NCBI GenBank assembly: GCA_029246845.1
Contig: JAQWMJ010000040.1
Coordinates: 1 to 64,000 of the forward strand
Direction: 5' to 3'
Length of the DNA: 64,000 nt
From: Thermodesulfobacteriota bacterium
Lineage (GTDB): Bacteria > Desulfobacterota_D > UBA1144
The translations under genes and the position numbers were made by a program. Of this stretch, positions 43,195-52,362 are shown piece by piece. Numbering within the stretch: position 1 is the first letter of the stretch; every line of letters begins with the position of its first letter. A model generated the notes under the pieces. That model saw nothing but the letters and a program-made list of their open reading frames with translations, was not told the origin of the DNA and searched no databases.

Positions 43195-46100
43195 ATGAAA
43201 TTAATTGAATTTTCTGTTAATAACCCTGTATTTTCAAACCTCTTAATGGCTACAATTATAATCTTTGGTCTTTACGTAGGAATGAATTTACCAAAAGAAT
43301 TATTTCCGTCTATTGGGTTTGAGAGGGTAACAATTGTAACAATATATGAGAACTCTACAGCAGAAGATGTTGAAAAATTAATTACAATACCTATAGAAGA
43401 CCAAATCTCCGGTATCTCCGGTATAAAAAAAATTACTTCAACTTCATCTGAGTCTAGATCGTTTATTGTTGCAGAACTACTTCCAAATGAAGATATTAAA
43501 GAAATAGCCCAAGAAATTAGATCCGAAGTTTCTCAAATAAGAAATGATTTACCCGAAGATATAGAGGATCCTATAACAAACGAAGTAGAGGCTAGCGCAC
43601 CATTAATCAACGTATCAATTGGAAGTAAGGGTGATGAAAATGAATTAAGATTTTATGCTACAAAGCTTAAAGATAAGCTAGAAAAGCTAGAAGAAATTGA
43701 TGGGCTTATCGAATCCGGATATGGGGATTTAGTTTTCTGGATCAACATTGACCAAAAAAAATTACTGCAATATGAGCTTAGTTTAAATGAAATTATATCA
43801 ACTATTAAATCGAAAAACATTGATCTTCCTGCAGGAGCAATTGAAACAGGTGAGCAAGAGTACACAATAAGAACTAAGGGTAAGATAGAAAGTGTTTATG
43901 AGCTAGCAAATGTTCCATTAAATAAGAGGTTTAATAAAATTCCATTAATTCTTGGTGATATTGCTACAATCGAGCTAGGTCAAGAAAAAGATTTATCGCT
44001 TTCTAGAATAAATGGATTTAAATCTGTTTCTTTTTGGATAGATAAGCAAAAAAATAAAGATGCCATCAAATCTGTAAAAAAAATCAAGGAGACTGTTGCT
44101 TCTTTCGAAGAAACTTTACCAAATGACGTAAAAATATTTATATCAAATGATTCATCATATTGGGTAAAAGGAAGATTTCAGTCTATGGTCAAAACTGGTG
44201 TGTTCGGCATATTGGCAGTCCTTATTATCTTAGCTTTATTTTTAGATTTTAGATCTGCATTTCTTGCTGCACTGGGGCTTCCAGTTGCATTCTTTGGCGC
44301 CTTTATAGTTATGCAATACACCGGAGCAAGTCTGAATGTAATTACTATGTTTGGATTAATTATGGTATTGGGAATAGTAGTTGATGATGCCATAATTGTT
44401 GTTGAAAATGTAAAGAGACATATACAGAAAGGTCTGCAACCTAAAGAAGCCGCTATTGTAGGTACCAAAGAGGTAGCTTGGCCTGTTATTGCAACAATTT
44501 TGACTAATATAGCCTCTTTATTTCCAATCCTACTTGCAGAAGGAACTTTAGGTATTTTTCTATCTATTATTCCTCAAGTTGCAATCTTTGCATTAATATT
44601 TTCTTTAGTGGAAGCACTTACAATACTACCATCTCATTGTGCAGATTTTGTTAAAATAAGTAATGAAACAGGATTTATTGCAAGACTTTTTGGTAAATTT
44701 AGAAAGAAATATTTAGGTGCATTAATTACATCATTAAGATACCGATATTTTGTTATAGGCATGTCATCTACTCTCCTAGTTATTAGCTTTATTATACTTT
44801 TTAAAATCCCATTTGTTTTACTTTATGTATCTGATGTAAATCAATACCTTATTAAAGTTCAAAATCCCACAAATTATAGTTTAGATTTAACTAGTCAAAA
44901 ATCCCAAGAGATCGAAAGAATAATCTTGGATAATACTCCAAAAAATCTACTTAAGAACTCTTTGACGACGTTGGGTATTGATTTCTCAAAAAAACCACCT
45001 GTTTTTGGAGATCATGTTTCAAATATACTTATTCAATTTGAAGACTTTGAAAAAAGAAAGGAAAATGGACTCGACTCGATGAAAAGAATACAGGCTATTG
45101 TTGATGAGAAAATTGTAGGACCTGAAAGTATTAGCTTTGTTCAGACTGCTGGTCCCCCTAAGGGTAAGGATTTAGACGTTAGAATCATAGGGGATAATGT
45201 AGTTGTTTTAACAGAAATAAGTACAAAAATTAAGAAGTTTCTAAAGACCAAGAAAGGAGTTTATGGTGTTAGTGATGATTTATCCTACGGTAAAACCAAA
45301 TTAAATATTAATGTCGATGAACAAAAAGCATCACTATACGGACTTAGTACTTTAGATTTGGGAAGAGAGCTGAGAGCTATAGTTGATGGTCTAACTATAG
45401 ATGAAACTAGAATCAATGATGAAAAAGCCTATATAAAGATAAGAATTACAAACTCAATAAATAAAAAAGGTCCCTTAGATATATCTGGGCACTTAATTAG
45501 AACGGCGAATGGATCATATGTTCCCATATCAAATTTTACCAATACTACAGTTGATTCATCATTGGTAAGCATCTCAAGATACAATAGAGAAAGGGCTGCA
45601 AGTATTACAGCAGAAATCGACTCGGACATTACAACACCAAGGCAAACAATTGCAAGTGTAGTCACCTTTTTTAATGGTATTAAGAAAGATTATCCGGGAT
45701 ATAAATTAGCGTTAGATGGCGAAGAACAGGATACAAGAGAGTCTTTAGAGAGTGTTAAAAGAGCATCTATAATCTCAATACTAATTATTTATTTAATACT
45801 TGCAACGATCCTTAGGTCTTATGCTCAACCCCTCTTGATAATGTCGATTCTACCTTTCACAATAGTAGGTATTACTGTTGGAGTACTTTTAAGAGGTGAC
45901 CCTATTTCGATTACGGGATTAATAGGAATAGTTGCACTGTTGGGTGTTGTAATAAATGACAGCCTGATTCTTATGAATTTTATCAATAAAGGAATAAGAA
46001 ATAATAATTTTATATTTTCTATCTTCTATTCAGCAAAGAATCGATTTAGAGCGATAATCTTGACCACTCTCACAACCTTTGCAGGACTTTTTACACTAAT

Positions 46101-46263
46101 GTTTGAAACAAGAGGAGAAGCAGCGTTCCTAGCTCCAATGGCAATCTCTTTGGGGCTAGGATTAGTATTTGCCACTTTTATAACACTTTTCCTAATTCCA
46201 TGCCTCTATTTGTCTTTTGTCGATTTAAAGAGATATCTATCTAGAGCTATTTCATCAAATTAA
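43195..46263 (+). CDS. RND efflux permease (AcrB/D/F family)
   Basis: 1022 aa; GIVVDDAIIVVEN, RFRAIILTTLTT. Confidence 0.95.
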   Translation: MKLIEFSVNNPVFSNLLMATIIIFGLYVGMNLPKELFPSIGFERVTIVTIYENSTAEDVEKLITIPIEDQISGISGIKKITSTSSESRSFIVAELLPNEDIKEIAQEIRSEVSQIRNDLPEDIEDPITNEVEASAPLINVSIGSKGDENELRFYATKLKDKLEKLEEIDGLIESGYGDLVFWINIDQKKLLQYELSLNEIISTIKSKNIDLPAGAIETGEQEYTIRTKGKIESVYELANVPLNKRFNKIPLILGDIATIELGQEKDLSLSRINGFKSVSFWIDKQKNKDAIKSVKKIKETVASFEETLPNDVKIFISNDSSYWVKGRFQSMVKTGVFGILAVLIILALFLDFRSAFLAALGLPVAFFGAFIVMQYTGASLNVITMFGLIMVLGIVVDDAIIVVENVKRHIQKGLQPKEAAIVGTKEVAWPVIATILTNIASLFPILLAEGTLGIFLSIIPQVAIFALIFSLVEALTILPSHCADFVKISNETGFIARLFGKFRKKYLGALITSLRYRYFVIGMSSTLLVISFIILFKIPFVLLYVSDVNQYLIKVQNPTNYSLDLTSQKSQEIERIILDNTPKNLLKNSLTTLGIDFSKKPPVFGDHVSNILIQFEDFEKRKENGLDSMKRIQAIVDEKIVGPESISFVQTAGPPKGKDLDVRIIGDNVVVLTEISTKIKKFLKTKKGVYGVSDDLSYGKTKLNINVDEQKASLYGLSTLDLGRELRAIVDGLTIDETRINDEKAYIKIRITNSINKKGPLDISGHLIRTANGSYVPISNFTNTTVDSSLVSISRYNRERAASITAEIDSDITTPRQTIASVVTFFNGIKKDYPGYKLALDGEEQDTRESLESVKRASIISILIIYLILATILRSYAQPLLIMSILPFTIVGITVGVLLRGDPISITGLIGIVALLGVVINDSLILMNFINKGIRNNNFIFSIFYSAKNRFRAIILTTLTTFAGLFTLMFETRGEAAFLAPMAISLGLGLVFATFITLFLIPCLYLSFVDLKRYLSRAISSN

Positions 46264-46785
46264 TTCAGAAATATTGAATATTGGATCATACTCAATATTA
46301 AGCTTTGAGAACTTCTCTCTTGCTCCCATTTCCCTATCAACGATTGAAAGGATAAGCCCTACCGTTGATCCTTGTTTTTCTATTTCACTAATGGCAGAAA
46401 TTATGGAGCCACCTGTTGAAACAACATCTTCAACTATAACTACCTTGGAGTTGTCTAAAGTTGGTCCTTCTATCACTTTCTTAGTACCATGCTTCTTCTC
46501 TCCTGACCTAACAAGAAATCCTTTTAAGGCCTTCTTCTCGTTGTATGACTTATTAAGAATGGCTCCCACTATTGGATCAGCACCTATAGTTGGGCCTCCA
46601 ACATAGATCAAATTGCTAGCAATAATCTTTTTATAAAAAATATCTGCAATACTTCCAAGTGATTCAGAAGAAAGTGTACTAATTCTTGCATCTATATAAT
46701 AAGAACTTTTTTCTCCAGATGAAAGAGTAAAATTTCCCTTTAGAATAGAATTCTTTTTTAAATATTCTAATAAAAAGTTTTTCAT
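46255..46785 (-). CDS. pyrE: Orotate phosphoribosyltransferase
   Basis: FTLSSG, KKHG, VEDVVSTGGS. Confidence 0.95.
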   Translation of the reverse strand: MKNFLLEYLKKNSILKGNFTLSSGEKSSYYIDARISTLSSESLGSIADIFYKKIIASNLIYVGGPTIGADPIVGAILNKSYNEKKALKGFLVRSGEKKHGTKKVIEGPTLDNSKVVIVEDVVSTGGSIISAISEIEKQGSTVGLILSIVDREMGAREKFSKLNIEYDPIFNISELI

Positions 46786-46823
46786 TTTTAACAGTTCTTA
46801 TTATTTTGAGTTAAAATAAAGAT

Positions 46824-48137
46824 ATGTCAAAGTTTCCTCCAGGTTTAGATAAAGCAATAAATCATTCTTACTTAAACGCACTTTATGAGCGAAGGTCAAG
46901 AAGATTTCCTTTGGGCGGTGAGATTGACGAAGGTCCACTTCAATACAAATCAAAACATTCACCTATTCCTCTTAGTGAATTAGAAGAGGCAATCCTTGCT
47001 TGGAACGGGCTTGGGATTAAAAATATAAATCTATCTGACTTTCCCCCACATAAAGGTCTAGATTTAGAAGTTAAATTTATGAGTAAGACTATCCCCTCAC
47101 TAGGAGATATTCATAGAACAGAATTATTTTATACAAACGATGATGGTCTATACTTGTTAAAATTAAATGATAAAGATGCGCCCGACTTAAAAGGATTAGA
47201 GGGGCTAAAAAAAGAAGACAAGATTGAAAAAATATTAGAGCTTTTTAGGGAATCAAGAATTAAAATTCATGATGGGCGAGCTAAAATACCTGACGTGCCT
47301 CCTGGCCTTGCAATTCATAATACATGGAGCGTAAATAAGCCTGGAACATCTTTATTCATGCCTGTCACAGACTTGTCAGCTGGTTTAATTAATATCTTGT
47401 TCTTTTATATGAGAGAAGGTCATAGATTCAATTTTGTTGACGAATTAAATAAAATGAAACCTGCTGGAACCCAAAAATGGATTGATAACGGTTACATTAA
47501 AAAAACAAATCCCATACCTTTAATTGAAGCTGAGCTGAGATTTGCAAATGGATACATTGCCGAACAACCTTTATTTTGTCAAAACGTTGTTTTAACTCAA
47601 CAAATTTTAGGGTTAGGTGGTTGGATGTTTAGTGGTTTTCAAAGTCGTCATATATTAGGTGCAGATGACGCCTTTAAAGGTTTAGGCTTTACTTGTGTTG
47701 AAGCCAAAGATCAGGGTGAAGACTGGGGAGCTGCAGTTTCCAAAGCTCCAGTTGGACTAGATGGACACTTTGAGTCCTTTTGTCCACCATACTATAAGAA
47801 CATGTCTGAAGCTGTCGATGCATTTAATGAAATGAAATGGGGCAATTGGGATTCAAAATATATGCCTTACAAAGACCCAACTGGTGTCTTAAATGCTACC
47901 CCTAAACCAAGCAAAGAAGAGGTCCAGATTGTAAAAGATATATGTAATTATATATTTGATACCTACGGAAAATTTCCAGGCTTTTCAGATCCAATGTATT
48001 GCCGTATGATGGTTCAGAACCACCATATCGATTTAGATTTTTATGATAAGTTTTATCCAGAAGGTGCTTATACTGAGGCGCACAAAAATCACTTTGCACT
48101 TTGGCATCCTGAGATAGATGATCCTTTTAAAAAATAA
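46824..48137 (+). CDS. Uncharacterised nitroreductase-fold flavoprotein, 437 aa
   Basis: RRSRRF and QNVVLTQQILGLGGW motifs of the nitroreductase superfamily; TAAAAT 6 nt before the ATG. Confidence 0.65.
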   Translation: MSKFPPGLDKAINHSYLNALYERRSRRFPLGGEIDEGPLQYKSKHSPIPLSELEEAILAWNGLGIKNINLSDFPPHKGLDLEVKFMSKTIPSLGDIHRTELFYTNDDGLYLLKLNDKDAPDLKGLEGLKKEDKIEKILELFRESRIKIHDGRAKIPDVPPGLAIHNTWSVNKPGTSLFMPVTDLSAGLINILFFYMREGHRFNFVDELNKMKPAGTQKWIDNGYIKKTNPIPLIEAELRFANGYIAEQPLFCQNVVLTQQILGLGGWMFSGFQSRHILGADDAFKGLGFTCVEAKDQGEDWGAAVSKAPVGLDGHFESFCPPYYKNMSEAVDAFNEMKWGNWDSKYMPYKDPTGVLNATPKPSKEEVQIVKDICNYIFDTYGKFPGFSDPMYCRMMVQNHHIDLDFYDKFYPEGAYTEAHKNHFALWHPEIDDPFKK

Positions 48138-48142
48138 TTAAA

Positions 48143-48223
48143 CTAGATTGTTAGTATAAAAATAGGAATCACCAAAAGCACAATAAAATTTAAAAGACAT
48201 CCGTATGGTAAGAAAGACAGCAT
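48143..48223 (-). CDS. Candidate 26-aa single-TM peptide
   Basis: MLSFLPYGCLLNFIVLLVIPIFILTI*; weak SD-like GGTGA. Confidence 0.25.
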   Translation of the reverse strand: MLSFLPYGCLLNFIVLLVIPIFILTI

Positions 48224-48274
48224 AATCACCAGTAATAATAGCTACTATATTATTAGTTTACTATGTTAAATTAC

Positions 48275-49273
48275 CTAATCCCAGTCTAAAGAACCCGCAG
48301 TTTGATACTCTGTGACTCTTGTTTCAAAGAAGTTCTTCTCTTTTGATAAATCAACAGATTGAGACATCCATGGAAAGGGATTGTCAGTTTCGTAAACTTT
48401 AGAAAGCCCTATCCTTTCAAGTCTTCTATCTGCGATATACTCCACATATTCACAAAACTGCTCAGGATTAATTCCAAGTAGCCCATTAGGGATTGCATCT
48501 AATGCGTATTTCTTTTCATGGTCTACAGCCTGAACAATTAAATCTGTTATTTTCTTTTGAACATCATCAGTCCATATACCCTTATTCTCTTCTTTTATTG
48601 TATTAATCAAATCACATCCGAATGCGAGATGGATACTTTCGTCTCTCATTATATACTCAAACTGCTCCCCAATTCCCACCATTTTATTTTGCCTTTTAAG
48701 AGCAAGCATCATTGCAAATCCCGCATAAAAGAAAATTCCTTCCATTATCACGTAATATCCGACTACGTCTTGGAGAAAAATCTTAATATCCTCATCTGTT
48801 CTTAGTTCAAAATTAGGATCCATAATTGATTTTGTCAGACCAACTACATAATCATCTTTTTCTTTTATAGAAGGAATAGTTTCATACATATTATATATAT
48901 ATTCGGGATCTAGACCCAAAGTATCGCAACAGTAAATAAAAGTATCTGTATGTACTGCTTCTTCGTATGCTTGTCTTAGAAGATACTGTCTTGCCTCAGG
49001 ATTAGTAACGTGTTTATAAACTGTTAAAACAATATTGTTTGCTGTTAAGGACTCTGCCGTTGAGAAAAAACCTAAATTCCAAAGAATCATTCTCTTTTCA
49101 ATGTCAGATAAAACATCAGGGGATTTCCACTGCTCGACATCTTTTTGCATTGAAATCTCTTCGGGAGTCCAGTTGTTTGCAACTCCATCTTTATAGTGCT
49201 CCCTAGCCCACATATATGTCATTGGGAGAATCTTATTAGGATCTGTCTTCGAATCATTGCTTAAAATAGTCAT
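48275..49273 (-). CDS. nrdB: Ribonucleotide reductase beta subunit with class Ic (R2c) signature
   Basis: FFSTAES (Glu74), EEAVHTDTF (Phe112), MEGIFF, RDESIH, C-terminal FFETRVTEY. Confidence 0.95.
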   Translation of the reverse strand: MTILSNDSKTDPNKILPMTYMWAREHYKDGVANNWTPEEISMQKDVEQWKSPDVLSDIEKRMILWNLGFFSTAESLTANNIVLTVYKHVTNPEARQYLLRQAYEEAVHTDTFIYCCDTLGLDPEYIYNMYETIPSIKEKDDYVVGLTKSIMDPNFELRTDEDIKIFLQDVVGYYVIMEGIFFYAGFAMMLALKRQNKMVGIGEQFEYIMRDESIHLAFGCDLINTIKEENKGIWTDDVQKKITDLIVQAVDHEKKYALDAIPNGLLGINPEQFCEYVEYIADRRLERIGLSKVYETDNPFPWMSQSVDLSKEKNFFETRVTEYQTAGSLDWD

Positions 49274-49293
49274 TATGCACTCCTTAAATTATA

Positions 49294-52095
49294 TTACTGA
49301 CAAGCTTCACAGTCTGGGTCCATTATACTACATGCACTTGCGACTTCTGACCCTGGCCTTTCTGACTGTGCTTCTTTCTCCTGATTATCTTCAGGAATTT
49401 CTTTGTACTCTCTTTTTTGAGTATAACCAAATTTATTAGCATCAAGTGTAGATTTTTCAATCTGTGTTGCTGCTAATGTTCTTAGATAATAAGTTGTCTT
49501 AAGTCCAAGCTTCCAGGCTGCAGTATAAATCTCACTTAACAGCTTGCCTGAAACGCCTTGCATAAATATGTTATGAGATTGGCTTTGATCAATCCACTTA
49601 CCTCTAACTGAAGTATGCTTAAGTAGAGTAAGTGGGCTAATTCCAAATGCCTCTTTATGCTTTTCCTTTAAGTCCTCGGGAATTTCAGAAATCTGATCTA
49701 AATTTCCGTCAAAATATTTTATTTTTTCTAACATATCTTTAGACCAAAGATTTAAATCTTTTAAATCTTTGACTAAATATGAGTTAACAACAGTAAACTC
49801 ACCGCTTATGTTTGATTTAACGTAAATATTTTTATATATTGGTTCAATACATGGAAAGCATCCTGCAATATTAGAGATTGTTGCGGTAGGAGCAATAGCC
49901 ATTGTATTAGAATTTCTCATTCCATGCTTTTTGACCTTTTCTTTTAACTCTTCCCAGTCCATTGAGGTTATCTTGTTAACATCTATATGGTCGCCTCTTT
50001 CCTCTTCTAACATTGTCAGAGTATCAAGAGGGAAAATTCCCCTATCCCACTTTGAGCCCTTAAATGTTTCATACGAACCTCTCTCTTTTGCTAACTCAGA
50101 AGAGGATTCAATTGCATTATAGGAAATAAATTCCATCAATTGATCTGAAAAATTTAGTGCTTTAGGAGACTCAAAGGATAAATTACATTTAAAAAGCGCA
50201 TCCTGAAGGCCCATGATTCCCATACCTATTGGCCTATGTTTAAAGTTCGAATTTTCTGCTTCAACTGTGGGGTAGAAATTTAAGTCAATAACATTATCAA
50301 GCATTCTAATTCCAGTCTGAACGGAGTCTTTAAGTAAGTCTTTATCCAATTTACCATTAACGATATGTTTAGAAAGGTTAATGGAGCCTAGATTGCATAC
50401 TGCTGTTTCATCTGCAGAGGTGTTCAGCGTAATTTCAGTACATAGATTAGAACTATGAACCACCCCAACATGGTCTTGAGGGGATCTAACATTACAAGCG
50501 TCCTTAAAGGTTATCCAAGGATGTCCTGTCTCAAAGATTCTAGTGAGCATCTTCTTCCACAAATCAGGGGCATGTATCTTCTTATGCTTTTTAATCTTCC
50601 CTTTTAAGACCCCATCTTCATATCCTAGATATGCCTCTTCAAATTTACTCCCATATAAATCGTGTAAGTCAGGTACCTCTTCCGGAGAGAATAAGGTCCA
50701 ATCTTTCTTCTCTACGACTCTTTTCATAAATAAATCAGGAATCCAATTTGATGTATTCATATCATGAGTTCTTCTTCTATCATCACCGGTATTTCTTCTC
50801 AAATCTAAGAAGTCTTCGATATCTAGATGCCATGTCTCAAGATAAGCACATGTAGCACCTCTTCTTTTCCCGCTTCTATTGATTGCGACCGTTACATCAT
50901 TTGCAATTTTTAAGAATGGAACAACTCCTTGGCTTTCAACATTAGTACTTTTTATTTGAGATCCTGTTGCCCTAATGTTAGTCCAATCATTTCCCAATCC
51001 TCCTGACCATTTAGACAACTGTGCATTATCACCTACGCATTTAAAAATGTGAGATAAGTCATCAGAAACAGTAGTTAAGTAACAGGAGCTAAGTTGAGGA
51101 TGTGGTGTTCCTGAATGAAAGAGTGTCGGAGTAGATGAAACAAACTCCATTGAAGATAGCTTATTGTAGAATTCAAGCGCCCTGGAATCTTTGTTTTTTT
51201 CGTTAATTGAGATGCCCATAGCAACTCTCATCCAAAATGACTGTGGAAGCTCAAACTTTCTACCTTCATGGTTCAGAAGATATCTTTCATACAATGTCTG
51301 AATCCCAATAAATTCAAAAAGCCCATCCCTCTCTATTTCAATAGAGTTAGATAACTTCTCTAGATCAAACTCTAAAAGCTTATCGCTAAGGTAGCCCTTC
51401 TTTACACCGAGTCTTATTCCATCGATAAATGATTCTTTATATTGAGGCTCCAAGGTGTCTTCTGTTACGGAAATCTCCATCCCTTCTTTGTAAAGTCTTT
51501 GCAAGAATAGGCCCGCTGAAACCTTACTATAATCTGGGTCTCTCTCGATAAATGTGGTTGACGCTAAAATCAAAGCTCTCTCTAAATCTTCAGTTGTGGC
51601 TCCATCGAATATATTCCTGGTCAATTCTTTAACTATTGAGTCAACAGAAGTTGTATCTGGATATTTTTCACAAATCCTTGAAACTGTTTTTCTAATCTTT
51701 TGGGGGTTAAAAAGGACATTTACCCCATCCTTTTTTCTAATCTTGAGCTTACCTAACTCGGCTTTTTGAGATATTTTTTCTTTTTGCTTTTCTCTTTCCT
51801 TCGATCTTTCTGACCTGTATATAATATATCTTCGAGCTACGGTAAATAAATCAGCTCTAATGAGATGTTTTTCAACTATATCCTGAATATTTTCGACATT
51901 AGGGTAGAACTCTAGGAATCTTGATTGAATTTCTTCTTCAATATTATCTACTATCTCATTTGAGTTCACATTAGAGCTTTCACTCTCGCTACCCGCGTTG
52001 ATAGCGGCATTTATTGCATTTAAAATTCTGGCTGAATCAAATTTAACTAATTCTCCCGACCTTTTCACAACTAACAACTGTTCAATTTGATTCAT
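49294..52095 (-). CDS. nrdA: Ribonucleotide reductase alpha subunit with two ATP-cones
   Basis: VVKRSG and IRKKDG cone starts, QLSSCY, SNLCTEI, TTYYLR, C-terminal CEACQ. Confidence 0.97.
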   Translation of the reverse strand: MNQIEQLLVVKRSGELVKFDSARILNAINAAINAGSESESSNVNSNEIVDNIEEEIQSRFLEFYPNVENIQDIVEKHLIRADLFTVARRYIIYRSERSKEREKQKEKISQKAELGKLKIRKKDGVNVLFNPQKIRKTVSRICEKYPDTTSVDSIVKELTRNIFDGATTEDLERALILASTTFIERDPDYSKVSAGLFLQRLYKEGMEISVTEDTLEPQYKESFIDGIRLGVKKGYLSDKLLEFDLEKLSNSIEIERDGLFEFIGIQTLYERYLLNHEGRKFELPQSFWMRVAMGISINEKNKDSRALEFYNKLSSMEFVSSTPTLFHSGTPHPQLSSCYLTTVSDDLSHIFKCVGDNAQLSKWSGGLGNDWTNIRATGSQIKSTNVESQGVVPFLKIANDVTVAINRSGKRRGATCAYLETWHLDIEDFLDLRRNTGDDRRRTHDMNTSNWIPDLFMKRVVEKKDWTLFSPEEVPDLHDLYGSKFEEAYLGYEDGVLKGKIKKHKKIHAPDLWKKMLTRIFETGHPWITFKDACNVRSPQDHVGVVHSSNLCTEITLNTSADETAVCNLGSINLSKHIVNGKLDKDLLKDSVQTGIRMLDNVIDLNFYPTVEAENSNFKHRPIGMGIMGLQDALFKCNLSFESPKALNFSDQLMEFISYNAIESSSELAKERGSYETFKGSKWDRGIFPLDTLTMLEEERGDHIDVNKITSMDWEELKEKVKKHGMRNSNTMAIAPTATISNIAGCFPCIEPIYKNIYVKSNISGEFTVVNSYLVKDLKDLNLWSKDMLEKIKYFDGNLDQISEIPEDLKEKHKEAFGISPLTLLKHTSVRGKWIDQSQSHNIFMQGVSGKLLSEIYTAAWKLGLKTTYYLRTLAATQIEKSTLDANKFGYTQKREYKEIPEDNQEKEAQSERPGSEVASACSIMDPDCEACQ

Positions 52096-52101
52096 TCATA
52101 G

Positions 52102-52207
52102 TCTCCTTCGTTAAGTGAATTTTTAGAGGCAAGGAAAAGCTTAACGGGGTGCAAAAGGGGAATTTAAACTTAATCCTTGCCCCGGTTAGTCCATAATCAC
52201 TCTAAAA
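52102..52207 (-). promoter_or_regulatory. Structured nrdAB 5' leader (candidate cis-regulatory RNA)
   Basis: GC-rich island with several perfect 7-8 bp complementarities next to SD AAGGAG. Confidence 0.5.
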
Positions 52208-52232
52208 CCTATCTAACCTTTTAGTACACAAT

Positions 52233-52280
52233 TAACTATATATTGTGATTATAAATTCATTAAACCACTATATGTGGTAT
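52233..52280. promoter_or_regulatory. Tandem NrdR boxes
   Basis: TAACTATATATTGTGA (52233-52248) and CCACTATATGTGGTAT (52265-52280), 32 bp apart, match acaCwAtATaTwGtgt. Confidence 0.85.
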
Positions 52281-52287
52281 GAGTCAA
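52259..52287 (-). promoter_or_regulatory. sigma70 promoter of nrdAB
   Basis: Minus-strand TTGACT (52287-52282), 17 nt containing an NrdR box, TTTAAT (52264-52259). Confidence 0.55.
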
Positions 52288-52362
52288 GCAAATCTTAAAT
52301 CATTTTTTTATTTAGTTAAAAAATCAACAATGTGAGGAGTTTAGGTAGAAAAGAGGTGGTCG

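Noticed and set aside
48244..48271. dif-like sequence (CTATGTTAAAT resembles the XerD arm)
   Set aside because: No matching XerC arm at 6-bp spacing
52082..52099. 5-codon out-of-frame uORF (MNESN) overlapping the nrdA start
   Set aside because: Its ATG is only 2 nt from the SD, whereas the nrdA ATG has normal spacing
52102..52230. Cobalamin or yybP-ykoY riboswitch upstream of nrdA
   Set aside because: Core consensus motifs are not found on the mRNA strand; AAAGGGGA occurs only on the wrong strand. Kept as an unassigned structured leader
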